Shown here: positions 46,854 to 64,000 of the stretch, piece after piece | How positions within the stretch are numbered: the first letter of the stretch is position 1 | Layout of the letters: every line of letters starts with the position of its first letter | NCBI RefSeq assembly: GCF_009914755.1 | Contig: NC_060948.1 | Strand: one strand, 5' to 3' | Origin: the human T2T-CHM13v2.0 reference genome, Homo sapiens | DNA length: 64,000 bases | Notes under the pieces: generated by a model | The model's database searches: none | The model's input: the letters and a program-made list of their open reading frames with translations, nothing else | Told to the model about the DNA's origin: nothing | Made by a program: the position numbers and the translations under genes

Positions 46854-48958
46854 AGATCCATATTTTTTAAATGAAAAAAAATTTCAAAGGTACTCTGCTT
46901 GGTACAATAATCAAGTGTATAAACTGAGGAATAAAACATAACCATGAAACCTACTTATAACTGCATATGGAAAATACAGAGGATAATTTTTTAAATAACA
47001 TATTATGAAAGCCTTAACTAGTAATTTGAAGAGTTGGCATTTGAAAGGCCAGTATGAATATACCTTCAAAGCAGCAACACAGGTTCCCCATGAGAAAAAG
47101 CAAACTCAGGGAAAATAAAACCACAAAGGTTCAATGTCTTCTGACCTTTGAAAGACACAGCACAGACAGTGGCCCTTAGGACGAAGAGCTGGAGACCCCT
47201 AATTCCGTCACCATGGCGATAGGGCATAAACATTGCTGGGTGAGGGCACAATCCACATTGTGAGGTCCAACTGCTGCCAGGAAGACAGGAGTGCTTTTAC
47301 ATAGACCGAAAGGTCATTGAAGGCTCAGAGGTTTGTTTCAAGAACTGAATCCCAAGCCCACACGTTATTAGGCTGCGCTTCTTAAAACAAGTTATGAGAT
47401 GGGAAAAAGGGCACCCACAAACATACGTATACATTATGTATATAATAATATACAGTATCATATATATAATATATATAACCTATGTATAATATTGTTTTAC
47501 ATCCTGCATCTTATATTATATATATTGTTTAAAATATAATAATTGATAATATATAAGTTTTATATTTATACAATATGACATATAGTATATATTATACTTT
47601 ATGACATATATAATATATGTTATATATCATATATAGAATATATTATACGGTTAATATACGTATTAAATATAAATTATACATTATATATATTATATATAAT
47701 ATATCTGTTACATATAATACCCATTATGCATAATATATATATTATGTCTATGTGATATATAGTATAAAACAACATATAATAATATATAATTGTATATATA
47801 AAATGCGACATATAATATATATTATATTTTATGACATATGTAATATATATTATATATTATATATAATACGTTGTATGTATAATACCTATAATAAATATAT
47901 ATTATATGACTATGTTATTAATTGCATGTCACATGTGTTATATATTATATATTTTACATAGAATATACCGGTTACATACAATATATACTATGTTACCTAT
48001 AATGTATAATTTATTACATGTAAAACAAAGAATGCAATATATTAGGTATAATTTATAATGTACAATATGTGGAATGTGATATATATAACATATAATATAT
48101 GATATATGATATACAGTATATGATATATACCATACAATATACGATACCTAATATATATGGTATACAATATATATTTTATGATATGTATTCTATATGTTTT
48201 ATATTCTGTTATATATAACTATTTGAAATTATATATAACTGTATAATATTTTATGTAAATATGTAATATAATATATATAACTATATAATATATTATATAT
48301 AACTATATATTATGTTATATATACTTTTATAACATAATTTACATAAAATAATATAATATAATATACATTATATTATTTCATATTACATAATATATATTAC
48401 ATATCACCCAATATAAGTAACATACATAATATTATAATATAGATTATATTATGTTATATTAAATATCATATATATCATGTATCATATAATCTATAATATA
48501 TATTATACATTATATAATATGTATGTTGTCTATTATGTGATATATATAACTATATATATAATTATATTATTATACATATAACTAGATAAACATGTAATTC
48601 TACATATTTTCATTTATAATATATAGAATTATATAATCATATATAATTATTTATATTCTATAAAAAATTATATCGTTATATAAATTATAATATGTAAAAA
48701 TTATAATATGTACTACAAATATATATATTATATATCATATATGATATGGTACCTTTGTTATATATCATAATACATATAAATGTGTATTATGTTATCTATA
48801 ATTATATAATTTCATATATAAGATGTATAATATTTATTATATATTATATATGTTATGTAATATATATAGTATATATAAGATGACACAGGATAAATATTAT
48901 ATACTATGACATATAAAATATATGAGGTTATATGTTACATATAAGGCATAGCACATAA

Positions 48959-49273
<315 letters not shown>

Positions 49274-51395
49274 AGATCCATATTTTTTAAATGAAAAAAA
49301 ATTTCAAAGGTACTCTGCTAGGTACAATAATCAAATGTATAAACTGAGGAATAAAACATAACCATGAAACCTACTTATAACTGCATATGGAAAATACAGA
49401 GGATAATTTTCTAAATAACATATTTTGAAAGCCTTAACTAGTAATTTGAAGAGTTGGCATTTGAAAGGCCAGTATGAATATACCTTCAAAACAGCAACAC
49501 AGGTTCCCCATGAGAAAAAGCAAACTCAGGGAAAATAAAACCACAAAGGTTCAATCTCTTCTGACCTTTGAAAGACACAGCACAGACAGTGGTCCTTAGG
49601 ACGAAGAGCAGGAGACCCCTAATTCCGTCACCATGGCGATAGGGCATAAACACTGCTGGGTGAGGGCACAATCCACATTGTGAGGTCCAACTGCTGCCAG
49701 GAAGACAGGAGTGCTTTTACATAGACCGAAAGGTCATTGAAGGCTCAGAGTTTTGTTTCAAGAACTGAATCCCAAGCCCACACGTTATTAGGCTGCGCTT
49801 CTTAAAACAAGTTATGAGATGGGAAAAAGGGCACCCACAGACATACGTATACATTATGTATATAATAATATACAGTATCATATATATAATATATATAATC
49901 TATGTATAATATTGTTTTACATCCTGCATCTTATACTATATATATTGTATAAAATATAATAATTGATAATATATAAATTTTACATTTATACAATATGACA
50001 TATAGTATATATTATAATTTATGACATATATAATATATGTTATATATCATATATAGAATATATTATACGGTTAATATACGTATTAAATATAAATTATACA
50101 TTATATATATTATATATAATATATCTGTTACATATAATACCCATTATGCATAATATATATTATGTCTATGTTATATATAGTATAAAACAACATATAATAA
50201 TATATAATTGTATATATAAAATGCGACATATAATATATATTATATTTTATGACATCTGTAATATATATTATATATTATATATAATACGTTGTATGTATAA
50301 TACCTAAAATAAATATATATTATATGACTATGGTATTAATTACATGTCACATATGTTATATATTATATATTTTACATAGAATATACCGGTTACATACAAT
50401 ATATACTATGTTACCTATAATGTATAATATATTACATGTAAAATAAAGAATGCAATATATTATGTGTAATTTATAATATACAATATGTGGAATGTGATAT
50501 ATATAACATATAATATATGATATATGATATACAGTATATGATATATAACATGCAATCTATGATACCTAATATATATGGTATACAATATATATTTTATGAT
50601 ATGTATTCTATATGTTTTATATTCTGTTATATATAACTATTTGAAATTATATATGACTGTATAATATTTTATGTAAATATGTAATATAATATATATAACT
50701 ATATAATCTATTATATATAACTATATATTTTGTTATATATACTTTTATAACATAATTTACATAAAATATCATAATATAATATATAATATTATTTCATATT
50801 ACATAATATATATTGCATATCACCCAATATAAGTAACATACATAATATTATAATATACATTATATTATGCTATATTAAATATCATATATATCATGTATCA
50901 TATATTCTATAATATATATTATACATTATATAATATGTATGTTGCCTATTATGTGATATATATAACTATATATAATTATATTATTATACATATAACTAGA
51001 TAAACATGTAATTCTACATATTTTCATTTATAATATATAGAATTATATAATCATATATAATTATTTATATTCTATAAAAAATTATATCATTATATAAATT
51101 ATAATATATAAAAATTATAATATGTACTACAAATATATATATTATATATCATATATGATATAGTACCTTTGTTATATATCATAATACATATAAATGTGTA
51201 TTATGTTATCTATAATTATATAATTTCATATATAAGATGTATAATATTTATTATATATTATATATGTTATGTAATATATATAGTATATATAAGATGAGAC
51301 AGGATAAATATTATATACTATGACATATAAAATATATGAGGTTATATGTTACATATAAGGCATAGCACATAACATGTAATATATATCATCTATAA

Positions 51396-51686
<291 letters not shown>

Positions 51687-53809
51687 AGATCCATATTTTT
51701 TAAATGAAAAAAAATTTCAAAGGTACTCTGCTTGGTACAATAATCAAATGTATAAACTGAGGAATAAAACATAACCATGAAACCTACTTATAACTGCATA
51801 TGGAAAATACAGAGGATAATTTTTTAAATAACATATTTTGAAAGCCTTAACTAGTAATTTGAAGAGTTGGCATTTGAAAGGCCAGTATGAATATACCTTC
51901 AAAGCAGCAACACAGGTTCCCCATGAGAAAAAGCAAACTCAGGGAAAATAAAACCACAAAGGTTCAATCTCTTCTGACCTTTGAAAGACACAGCACAGAC
52001 AGTGGTCCTTAGGACGAAGAGCAGGAGACCCCTAATTCCGTCACCATGGCGATAGGGCATAAACACTGCTGGGTGAGGGCACAATCCACATTGTGAGGTC
52101 CAACTGCTGCCAGGAAGACAGGAGTGCTTTTACATAGACCGAAAGGTCATTGAAGGCTCAGAGTTTTGTTTCAAGAACTGAATCCCAAGCCCACACGTTA
52201 TTAGGCTGCGCTTCTTAAAACAAGTTATGAGATGGGAAAAAGGGCACCCACAAACATACGTATACATTATGTATATAATAATATACAGTATCATATATAT
52301 AATATATATAACCTATGTATAATATTGTTTTACATCCTGCATCTTATATTATATATATTGTATAAAATATAATAATTGATAATATATAAGTTTTATATTT
52401 ATACAATATGACATATAGTATATAATATAATTTATGACATATATAATATATGTTATATATCATAAATAGAATATATTATACGGTTAATATACGTATTAAA
52501 TATAAATTATACATTATATATATTATATATAATATATCTGCTATATATAATACCCATTATGCATAATATATATATTATGTCTATGTTATGTATAGTATAA
52601 AACAACATATAATAATATATAATTGTATATATAAAATGCGACATATAATATATATTATATTTTATGACATCTGTAATATATATTATATATTATATATAAT
52701 ACATTGTATGTATAATACCTATATTAAATATATATTATATGACTATGTTATTAATTACCTGTCACATATGTTATATATTATATATTTTACATAGAATATA
52801 TGGGTTACATACAATATATACTATGTTACCTATAATGTATAATATATTACATGTAAAATAAAGAATGCAATATATTATGTGTAATCTATAATATACAATA
52901 TGTGGAATGTGATATATATAACATATAATATATGATATATGATATACAGTATATGATATATAACATGCAATCTATGATACCTAATATATATGGTATACAA
53001 TATATATTTTATGATATGTATACTATATGTTTTATATTCTGTTATATATAACTATTTGAAATTATATATGACTGTATAATATTTTATGTAAATATGTAAT
53101 ATAATATATAACTATGTAATATATTATATATAACTATATATTATGTTATATTTACTTTTATAACATAATTTACATAAAATATCATAGTATAATATATATT
53201 ATATTATTTCATATTACATAATATATATTACATATCACCCAATATAAGTAACATACATAATATGATAATATAGATTATATTATGTTATATTAAATATCAT
53301 ATATATCATGTATCATATATTCTATAATATATATTACACATTATATAATATGTATGTTGTCTATTATGTGATATATATAACTATATATATAATTATATTA
53401 TTATACATATAACTAGATAAACGTGTAATTCTACATATTTTCATTTATAATATATAGAATTATATAATCATATATAATTATTTGTATTCTATAAAAAATT
53501 ATATTATATAAATTATAATATATAAAAATTAAAATATGTACTTAAAACAGATATATTATATATCATATATGATATAGTACCTTTGTTATATATCATAATA
53601 CATATAAATGTGTATTATGTTATCTATAATTATATAATTTCGTATATAAGATGTATAATATGTATTATATATTTTATATGTTACGTAATATATATAGTAT
53701 ATATAAGATGACACAGGATAAATATTATATACTATGACATATAAAATATAAGGGGTTATATGTTACATATGAGTCATACCACATAAGATGTAATATATAT
53801 CATATATAA

Positions 53810-54101
<292 letters not shown>

Positions 54102-56203
54102 AGATCCATATTTTTTAAATGAAAAAAAATTTCAAAGGTACTCTGCTTGGTACAATAATCAAATGTATAAACTGAGGAATAAATCATAACCATGAAACCT
54201 ACTTATAACTGCATATGGAAAATACAGAGGATAATTTTTTAAATAACATATTTTGAAAGCCTTAACTAGTAATTTGAAGAGTTGGCATTTGAAAGGCCAG
54301 TATGAATATACCTTCAAAGCAGCAACACAGGTTCCCCATGAGAAAAAGCAAACTCAGGGAAAATAAAACCACAAAGGTTCAATCTCTTCTGACCTTTGAA
54401 AGACACAGCACAGACAGTGGTCCTTAGGACGAAGAGCAGGAGACCCCTAATTCCGTCACCATGGCGATAGGGCATAAACATTGCTGGGTGAGGGCACAAT
54501 CCACATTGTGAGGTCCAACTGCTGCCAGGAAGACAGGAGTGCTTTTACATAGACCGAAAGGTCATTGAAGTCTCAGAGTTTTGTTTCAAGGACTGAATCC
54601 CAAGCCCACACGTTATTAGGCTGCGCTTCTTAAAACAAGTTATGAGATGGGAAAAAGGGCACCCACAAACATACGTATACATTATGTATATAATAATATA
54701 CAGTATCATATATATAATATATATAACCTATGTATAATATTGTTTTACATCCTGCATCTTATACTATATATATTGTATAAAATATAATAATTGATAATAT
54801 ATAAGTTTTATATTTATACAATATGACATATATTATATATTATAATTTATGACATATATATTATAAGTTATATATCATATATAGAATATATTATACGGTT
54901 AATATACGTATTAAATATAAATTATACATTATATATATTATATATAATATATCTGTTATATATAATACCCCTTATGCATAATATATATATTATGTCTATG
55001 TTATATATAGTATAAAACAACACATAATAATATATAATTGTATATATAAAATGCGACATATAATATATATTATATTTTATGACATATGTAATATATATTA
55101 TATATTATATATAATACGTTGTATGTATAATTCCTATATTAAATATATATTATATGACTATGTTATTAATTACATGTCACATATGTTATATATTATATAT
55201 TTTACATAGAATATACCGGTTACATACAATATATACTATGTTACCTATAATGTATAATTTATTACATGTAAAATAAAGATTGCAATATATTATGTATAAT
55301 TTATAATATACAATATGTGGAATGTGATATATATAACATATAATATATGATATATGATATACAGTATATGATATATAACATACAATGTATGATACCTAAT
55401 ATATATGGTATACAATATATATTTTATGATATATATTCTATATGTTTTATATTCTGTTATATATAACTATTTGAAATTATATATAACTGTATAATATTTT
55501 ATGTAAATATGTAATATAATATATATAACTATATAATATATTATATATAACTATATATTATGTTATATATACTTTTATAACATAATTTACATAAAATATC
55601 ATAATATAATATATATTATATTATTTCATATTACATTATATATATTACATATCACCCAATATAAGTAACATACATAATATTATAATATAGATTTTATTAT
55701 GTTATATTAAATATCATATATATCATGTATCATATATTCTATAATATATATTACACATTATATAATATGTATGTTGTCTATTATGTGATATATATAACTA
55801 TGTATATAATTATATTATTATACATATAACTAGATAAACATGTAATTCTACATATTTTCATTTATAATATATAGAATTATATAATCATATATAATTATTT
55901 ATATTCTATAAAAAATTATATCATTATATAAATTATAATATATAAAAATTATATGTACTACAAATATATATATTATATATCATATATGATATAGTACCTT
56001 TGTTATTTATCATAATACATATAAATGTGTATTATGTTATCTATAATTATATAATTTCATATATAAGATGTATAATATGTATCATATATTATATGTGTTA
56101 TGTAATATATATAGTATATATAAGCTGACACAGGATAAATATTATATACTATGACATATAAAATATATGAGGTTATATGTTACATATAAGGCATAGCACA
56201 TAA

Positions 56204-56518
<315 letters not shown>

Positions 56519-58646
56519 AGATCCATATTTTTTAAATGAAAAAAAATTTCAAAGTTACTCTGCTTGGTACAATAATCAAATGTATAAACTGAGGAATAAA
56601 ACATAACCATGAAACCTACTTATAACTGCATATGGAAATTACAGAGGATAATTTTTTAAATAACATATTTTGAAAGCCTTAACTAGTAATTTGCAGAGTT
56701 GGCATTTGAAAGGCCAGTATGAATATACCTTCAAAGCAGCAACACAGGTTCCCCATGAGAAAAAGCAAACTCAGGGAAAATAAAACCACAAAGGTTCAAT
56801 CTCTTCTGACCTTTGAAAGACACAGTACAGACAGTGGTCCTTAGGACGAAGAGCAGGAGACCCCTAATTCCGTCACCATGGCGATAGGGCATAAACAGTG
56901 CTGGGTGAGGGCACAATCCACATTGTGAGGTCCAACTGCTGCCAGGAAGACAGGAGTGCTTTTACATAGACCGAAAGGTCATTGAAGGCTCAGAGTTTTG
57001 TTTCAAGAAGTGAATCCCAAGCCCACACGTAATTAGGCTGCGCTTCTTAAAACAAGTTATGAGATGGGAAAAAGGGCACCCACAAACATACGTATACATT
57101 ATATATATAATAATATACAGTATCATATATATAATATATATAACCTATGTATAATACTGTTTTACATCCTGCATCTTCTGTTATATATATTGTATAAAAT
57201 ATAATAATTGATATTATATAAGTTTTATATATATACAATATGACATATAGTATATATTATAATTTATAACATATATAATATATGTTATATATCATATATA
57301 GAATATATTATACGGTTAATATACGTATTAAATATAAATTATACATTATATATATTATATATAATATATCTGTTATATATAATACCCATTATGCATAATA
57401 TATATATTATGTCTATGTTATATATAGTATAAAACAACATATAATAATATATAATTGTATATATAAAATGCGACATATAATATATATTATATTTTATGAC
57501 ATATGTAATATATATTATATATTATATATAATACGTTGTATGTATAATTCCTATATTAAATATATATTATATGACTATGTTATTAATTACATGTCACATA
57601 TGTTATATATTATATATTTTACATAGAATATACCGGTTACATACAATATATACTATGTTACCTATAATGTATTGTTTATTACATGTAAAATAAAGATTGC
57701 AATATATTATGTATAATTTATAATATACAATATGTGGAATGTGACATATATAACATATAATATATGATATATGATATACAGTATATGATATATAACATAC
57801 AATATATGATACCTAATATATATGGTATACAATATATATTTTATGATATGTATTCTATATGTTTTATATTCTGTTATATATAACTATTTGAAATTATATA
57901 TAACTGTATAATATTTTATGTAAATATGTAATATAATATATATAACTATATAATATATTATATATAACTATATATTATGTTATATATACTTTTATAACAT
58001 AATTTACATAAAATATCATAATATAATATATATTATATTATTTCATATTACATAATATATATTACATATCACCCAATATAAGTAACATACATAATATTAT
58101 AATATAGATTATATTATGTTATATTAAATATCATATATATCATGTATCATATATTCTATAATATATATTATACATTATATAATATGTATGTTGTCTATTA
58201 TGTGATATATATAACTATATATATAATTATATTATTATACATATAACTAGATAAACATGTAATTCTACATATTTTCATTTATAATATATAGAATTATATA
58301 ATCATATATAATTATTTATATTCTATAAAAAATTATATCATTATATAAATTATAATATATAAAAATTATAATATGTACTACAAATATATATATTATATAT
58401 CATATATGATATAGTACCTTTGTTATATATCATAATACATATAAATGTGTATTATGTTATCTATAATTTTATAATTTCATATATAAGAAGTATAATATGT
58501 ATTATATATTGTATATGTTATGTAATATATATAGTATATATCAGCTGACACAGGATAAATATTATATACTATGACATATAAAATATATGAGGTTATATGT
58601 TACATATAAGGCATAGCACATAACATGTAATATATATCATATATAA

Positions 58647-58938
58647 TTTTTTTTTAGACAGAATCTTGTCCTGTTGCACAGGGTGGGGTACAATGGCGCC
58701 ATCTTTGCTCACTGCAACATCTGCCTCACGGGTCCAAGCGACTGTCCTCCCTCAGCCTCCCAGGTAGCTGGGACTACACCACACTGGGACTACAGCAGCT
58801 GCCACCATGCCTAGCTAATTTTTTGGATTTTTAGTAGTGACAGCGTTTCACTGTATTGGCCAGGATGGTCTTGATCTCTTCACCTTGTGATCCCCTTGCC
58901 TTGGCCTCCAAATTTGCTGGGATTACAGGCCTCAGCCA
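58647..58938 (-). mobile_element. Alu fragment in DYZ2, copy 12
   Basis: Same Alu motifs as copy 1. Confidence 0.96.
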
Positions 58939-61043
58939 AGATCCATATTTTTTAAATGAAAAAAAATTTCAAAGGTACTCTGCTTGGTACAATAATCAAA
59001 TGTATAAACTGAGGAATAAAACATAACCATGAAACCTACTTATAACTGCATATGGAAAATACAGAGGATAATTTTTTAAATAACATATTTTGAAAGCCTT
59101 AACTAGTAATTTGAAGAGTTGGCATTTGAAAGGCCAGTATGAATATACCTTCAAAGCAGCAACACAGGTTCCCCATGAGAAAAAGCAAACTCAGGGAAAA
59201 TAAAACCACAAAGGTTCAATCTCTTCTGACCTTTGAAAGACACAGCACAGACAGTGGTCCTTAGGACGAAGAGCAGGAGACCCCTAATTCCGTCACCATG
59301 GCGATAGGGCATAAACATTGCTGGGTGAGGGCACAATCCACATTGTGAGGTCCAACTGCTGCCAGGAAGACAGGAGTGCTTTTACATAGACCGAAAGGTC
59401 ATTGAAGGCTCAGAGTTTTGTTTCAAGAACTGAATCCCAAGCCCACACGTTATTAGGCTGCGCTTCTTAAAACAAGTTATGAGATGGGAAAAAGGGCACC
59501 CACAAACATACGTATACATTATGTATATAATAATATACAGTATCATATATATAATATATATAACCTATGTATAATATTGTTTTACATCCTGCATCTTATA
59601 ATATATATATTGTATAAAATATAATAATTGATAATATATATGTTTTATATTTATACAATATGACATATAGTATATATTATAATTTATGACATATATAATA
59701 TATGTTATATATCATATATAGAATATATTATATGGTTAATATACATATTAAATATAAATTATACATTATATATATTATATATAATATATCTGTTATATAT
59801 AATACCCATTATGCATAATATATATATTATGTCTATGTTATATATAGTATAAAACAACATATAATAATATATAATTGTATATAGAAAACGCGACATATAA
59901 TATATATTATATTTTATGACATATGTAATATATATTATATATTATATATAATACGTTGTATGTATAATACCTATATTAAATATATATTATATGACTATGT
60001 TATTAATTACATGTCACATATGTTATATATTATATATTTTACATAGAATATTCCGGTTACCTACAATATATACTATGTTACCTATAATGTATAATTGATT
60101 ACATGTAAAATAAAGAATGCAATATATTATGTATAATTTATAATATACAATATGTGGAATGTGATACATATAACATATAATATATGATATATGATATACA
60201 GTATATGATATATAACATACAATATATGATACCTAATATATATGGTATACAATATATATTTTATGTTATGTATTCTATATGTTTTATATTCTGTTATATA
60301 TAACTATTTGAAATTATATATAACTGTATAATATTTTATGTAAATATGAAATATAATATATATAACTATAAAATATATTATATATAACTATATATTATGT
60401 TATATATACTTTTATAACATAATTTACATAAAATATCATAATATAATATATATTATATTATTTCACATTACATAATATATATTACATATCACCCAATATA
60501 AGTAACATACATAATATTATAATATAGATTATATTATGTTATATTAAATATCATATATATCATGTATCATATATTCTATAATATATATTATACATTATAT
60601 AATATGTATGTTGTCCATTATGTGATATATATAACTATATATATAATTATATTATTATACATATAACTAGATAAACATGTAATTCTACATATTTTCATTT
60701 ATAATATATAGAATTATATAATCATATATAATTATTTATATTCTATAAAAAATTATATCATTATATAAATTATAATATATAAAAATTATAAGATGTACTA
60801 CAAATATATATATTATATATCATATATGATATAGTACCTTTGTTATATATCATAATACATATAAATGTGTATTATGTTATCTATAATTTTATAATTTCAT
60901 ATATAAGATGTATAATATGTATTATATATTGTATATGTTACGTAATATATATAGTATATATAAGCTGACACAGGATAAATATTATATACTATGACATATA
61001 AAATATATGAGGTTATATGTTACATATAAGGCATAGCACATAA

Positions 61044-61358
<315 letters not shown>

Positions 61359-63463
61359 AGATCCATATTTTCTAAATGAAAAAAAATTTCAAAGGTACTC
61401 TGCTTGGTACAATAATCAAATGTATAAACTGAGGAATAAAACATAACCATGAAACCTACTTATAACTGCATATGGAAAATACAGAGGATAATTTTTTAAA
61501 TAACATATTTTGAAAGCCTTAACTAGTAATTTGCAGAGTTGGCATTTGAAAGGCCAGTATGAATATACCTTCAAAGCAGCAACACAGGTTCCCCATGAGA
61601 AAAAGCAAACTCAGGGAAAATAAAACCACAAAGGTTCAATCTCTTCTGACCTTTGAAAGACACAGCACAGACAGTGGTCCTTAGGACGAAGAGCAGGAGA
61701 CCCCTATTTCCGTCACCATGGCGATAGGGCATAAACATTGCTGGGTGAGGGCACAATCCACATTGTGAGGTCCAACTGCTGCCAGGAAGACAGGAGTGCT
61801 TTTACATAGACCGAAAGGTCATTGAAGGCTCAGAGTTTTGTTTCAAGAACTGAATCCCAAGCCCACACGTTATTAGGCTGCGCTTCTTAAAACAAGTTAT
61901 GAGATGGGAAAAAGGGCACCCACAAACATACGTATACATTATGTATATAATAATATACAGTATCATATATATAATATATATAACCTATGTATAATATTGT
62001 TTTACATCCTGCATCTTCTGTTATATATATTGTATAAAATATAATAATTGATAATATATAAGTTTTATATATATACAATATGACATATAGTATATATTAT
62101 AATTTATAACATATATAATATATGTTATATATCATATATAGAATATATTATACGGTTAATATACGTATTAAATATAAATTATACATTATATATATTATAT
62201 ATAATATATCTGTTATATATAATACCCATTATGCATAATATATATATTATGTCTATGTTATATATAGTATAAAACAACACATAATAACATATAATTGTAT
62301 ATATAAAATGCGACATATAATATATATTATATTTTATGACATATGTAATATATAGTATATATTATATATAATACGTTGTATGTATAATTCCTATATTAAA
62401 TATATATTATATGACTATGTTATTAATTACATGTCACATATGTTATATATTATATATTTTACATAGAATATACCGGTTACATACAATATATACTATGTTA
62501 CCTATAATGTATAATTTATTACATGTAAAATAAAGATTGCAATATATTATGTATAATTTATAATATACAATATGTGGAATGTGATATATATAACATATAA
62601 TATATGATATGTGATATACAGTATATGATATATAACATACAATATATGATACCTAATATATATGGTATACAATATATATTTTATGATATGTATTCTATAT
62701 GTTTTATATTCTGTTATATATAACTATTTGAAATTATATATAACTGTATAATATTTTATGTAAATATGTAATATAATATATATAACTATATAATATATTA
62801 TATATAACTATATATTATGTTATATATACTTTTATAACATAATTTACATAAAATATCATAATATAATATATGTTATATTATTTCACATTACATAATATAT
62901 ATTACATATCACCCAATATAAGTAACATACATAATATTATAATATAGATTATATTATGTTATGTTAAATATCATATATATCATGTATCATATATTCTATA
63001 ATATATATTATACATTATATAATATGTATGTTGTCTATTATGTGATATATATAACTACATATATAATTATATTATTATACATATAACTAGATAAACATGT
63101 AATTCTACATATTTTCATTTATAATATATAGAATTATATAATCATATATAATTATTTATATTCTATAAAAAATTATATCATTATATAAATTATAATATAT
63201 AAAAATTATAATATGTACTACAAATATATATATTATATATCATATATGATATAGTACCTTTGTTATATATCATAATACATATAAATGTGTATTATGTTAT
63301 CTATAATTATATAATTTCATATATAAGATGTATAATATGTATTATATATTATATATGTTATGTAATATATATAGTATATATAAGATGACACAGGATAAAT
63401 ATTATATACTATGACATATAAAATATATGAGGTTATATGTTACATATAAGGCATAGCACATAA

Positions 63464-63778
<315 letters not shown>

Positions 63779-64000
63779 AGATCCATATTTTTTAAATGAA
63801 AAAAAATTTCAAAGGTACTCTGATTGGTACAATAATCAAATGTATAAACTGAGGAATAAAACATAACCATGAAACCTACTTATAACTGCATATGGAAAAT
63901 ACAGAGGATAATTTTTTAAATAACATATTTTGAAAGCCTTAACTAGTAGTTTGAAGAGTTGGCATTTGAAAGGCCAGTATGAATATACCTTCAAAGCAGC

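Overview
This window is entirely non-genic human satellite DNA and spans one boundary between the two satellites that alternate in Y-chromosome Yq12 heterochromatin. Bases 1-31296 are DYZ1 (HSat3 family): a degenerate (GGAAT)n pentamer array organised into units of about 3549 bp, about 8.8 copies. Each unit carries one conserved EcoRI site and one conserved HaeIII/StuI site. Bases 31297-64000 are DYZ2 (HSat1B): about 2420-bp composite units made of a roughly 1.56-kb very AT-rich block, a 5'-truncated minus-strand Alu (14 copies) and a roughly 0.57-kb more complex HSATI segment. None of the ORFs in the track is a credible gene, and I found no new gene system. What merits a second look is structural or regulatory: (1) a sharp junction with 3-bp microhomology, followed by a first DYZ2 unit with a 768-bp internal deletion and many private variants; (2) three perfect heat-shock elements per DYZ1 unit; (3) a degenerate inverted repeat bracketing the DYZ2 AT block; (4) shared-variant patterns that record local monomer/dimer duplications and mosaicism in both arrays. 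The identification rests on recognition of the sequence, not on a database search, and variant comparisons were made by eye.
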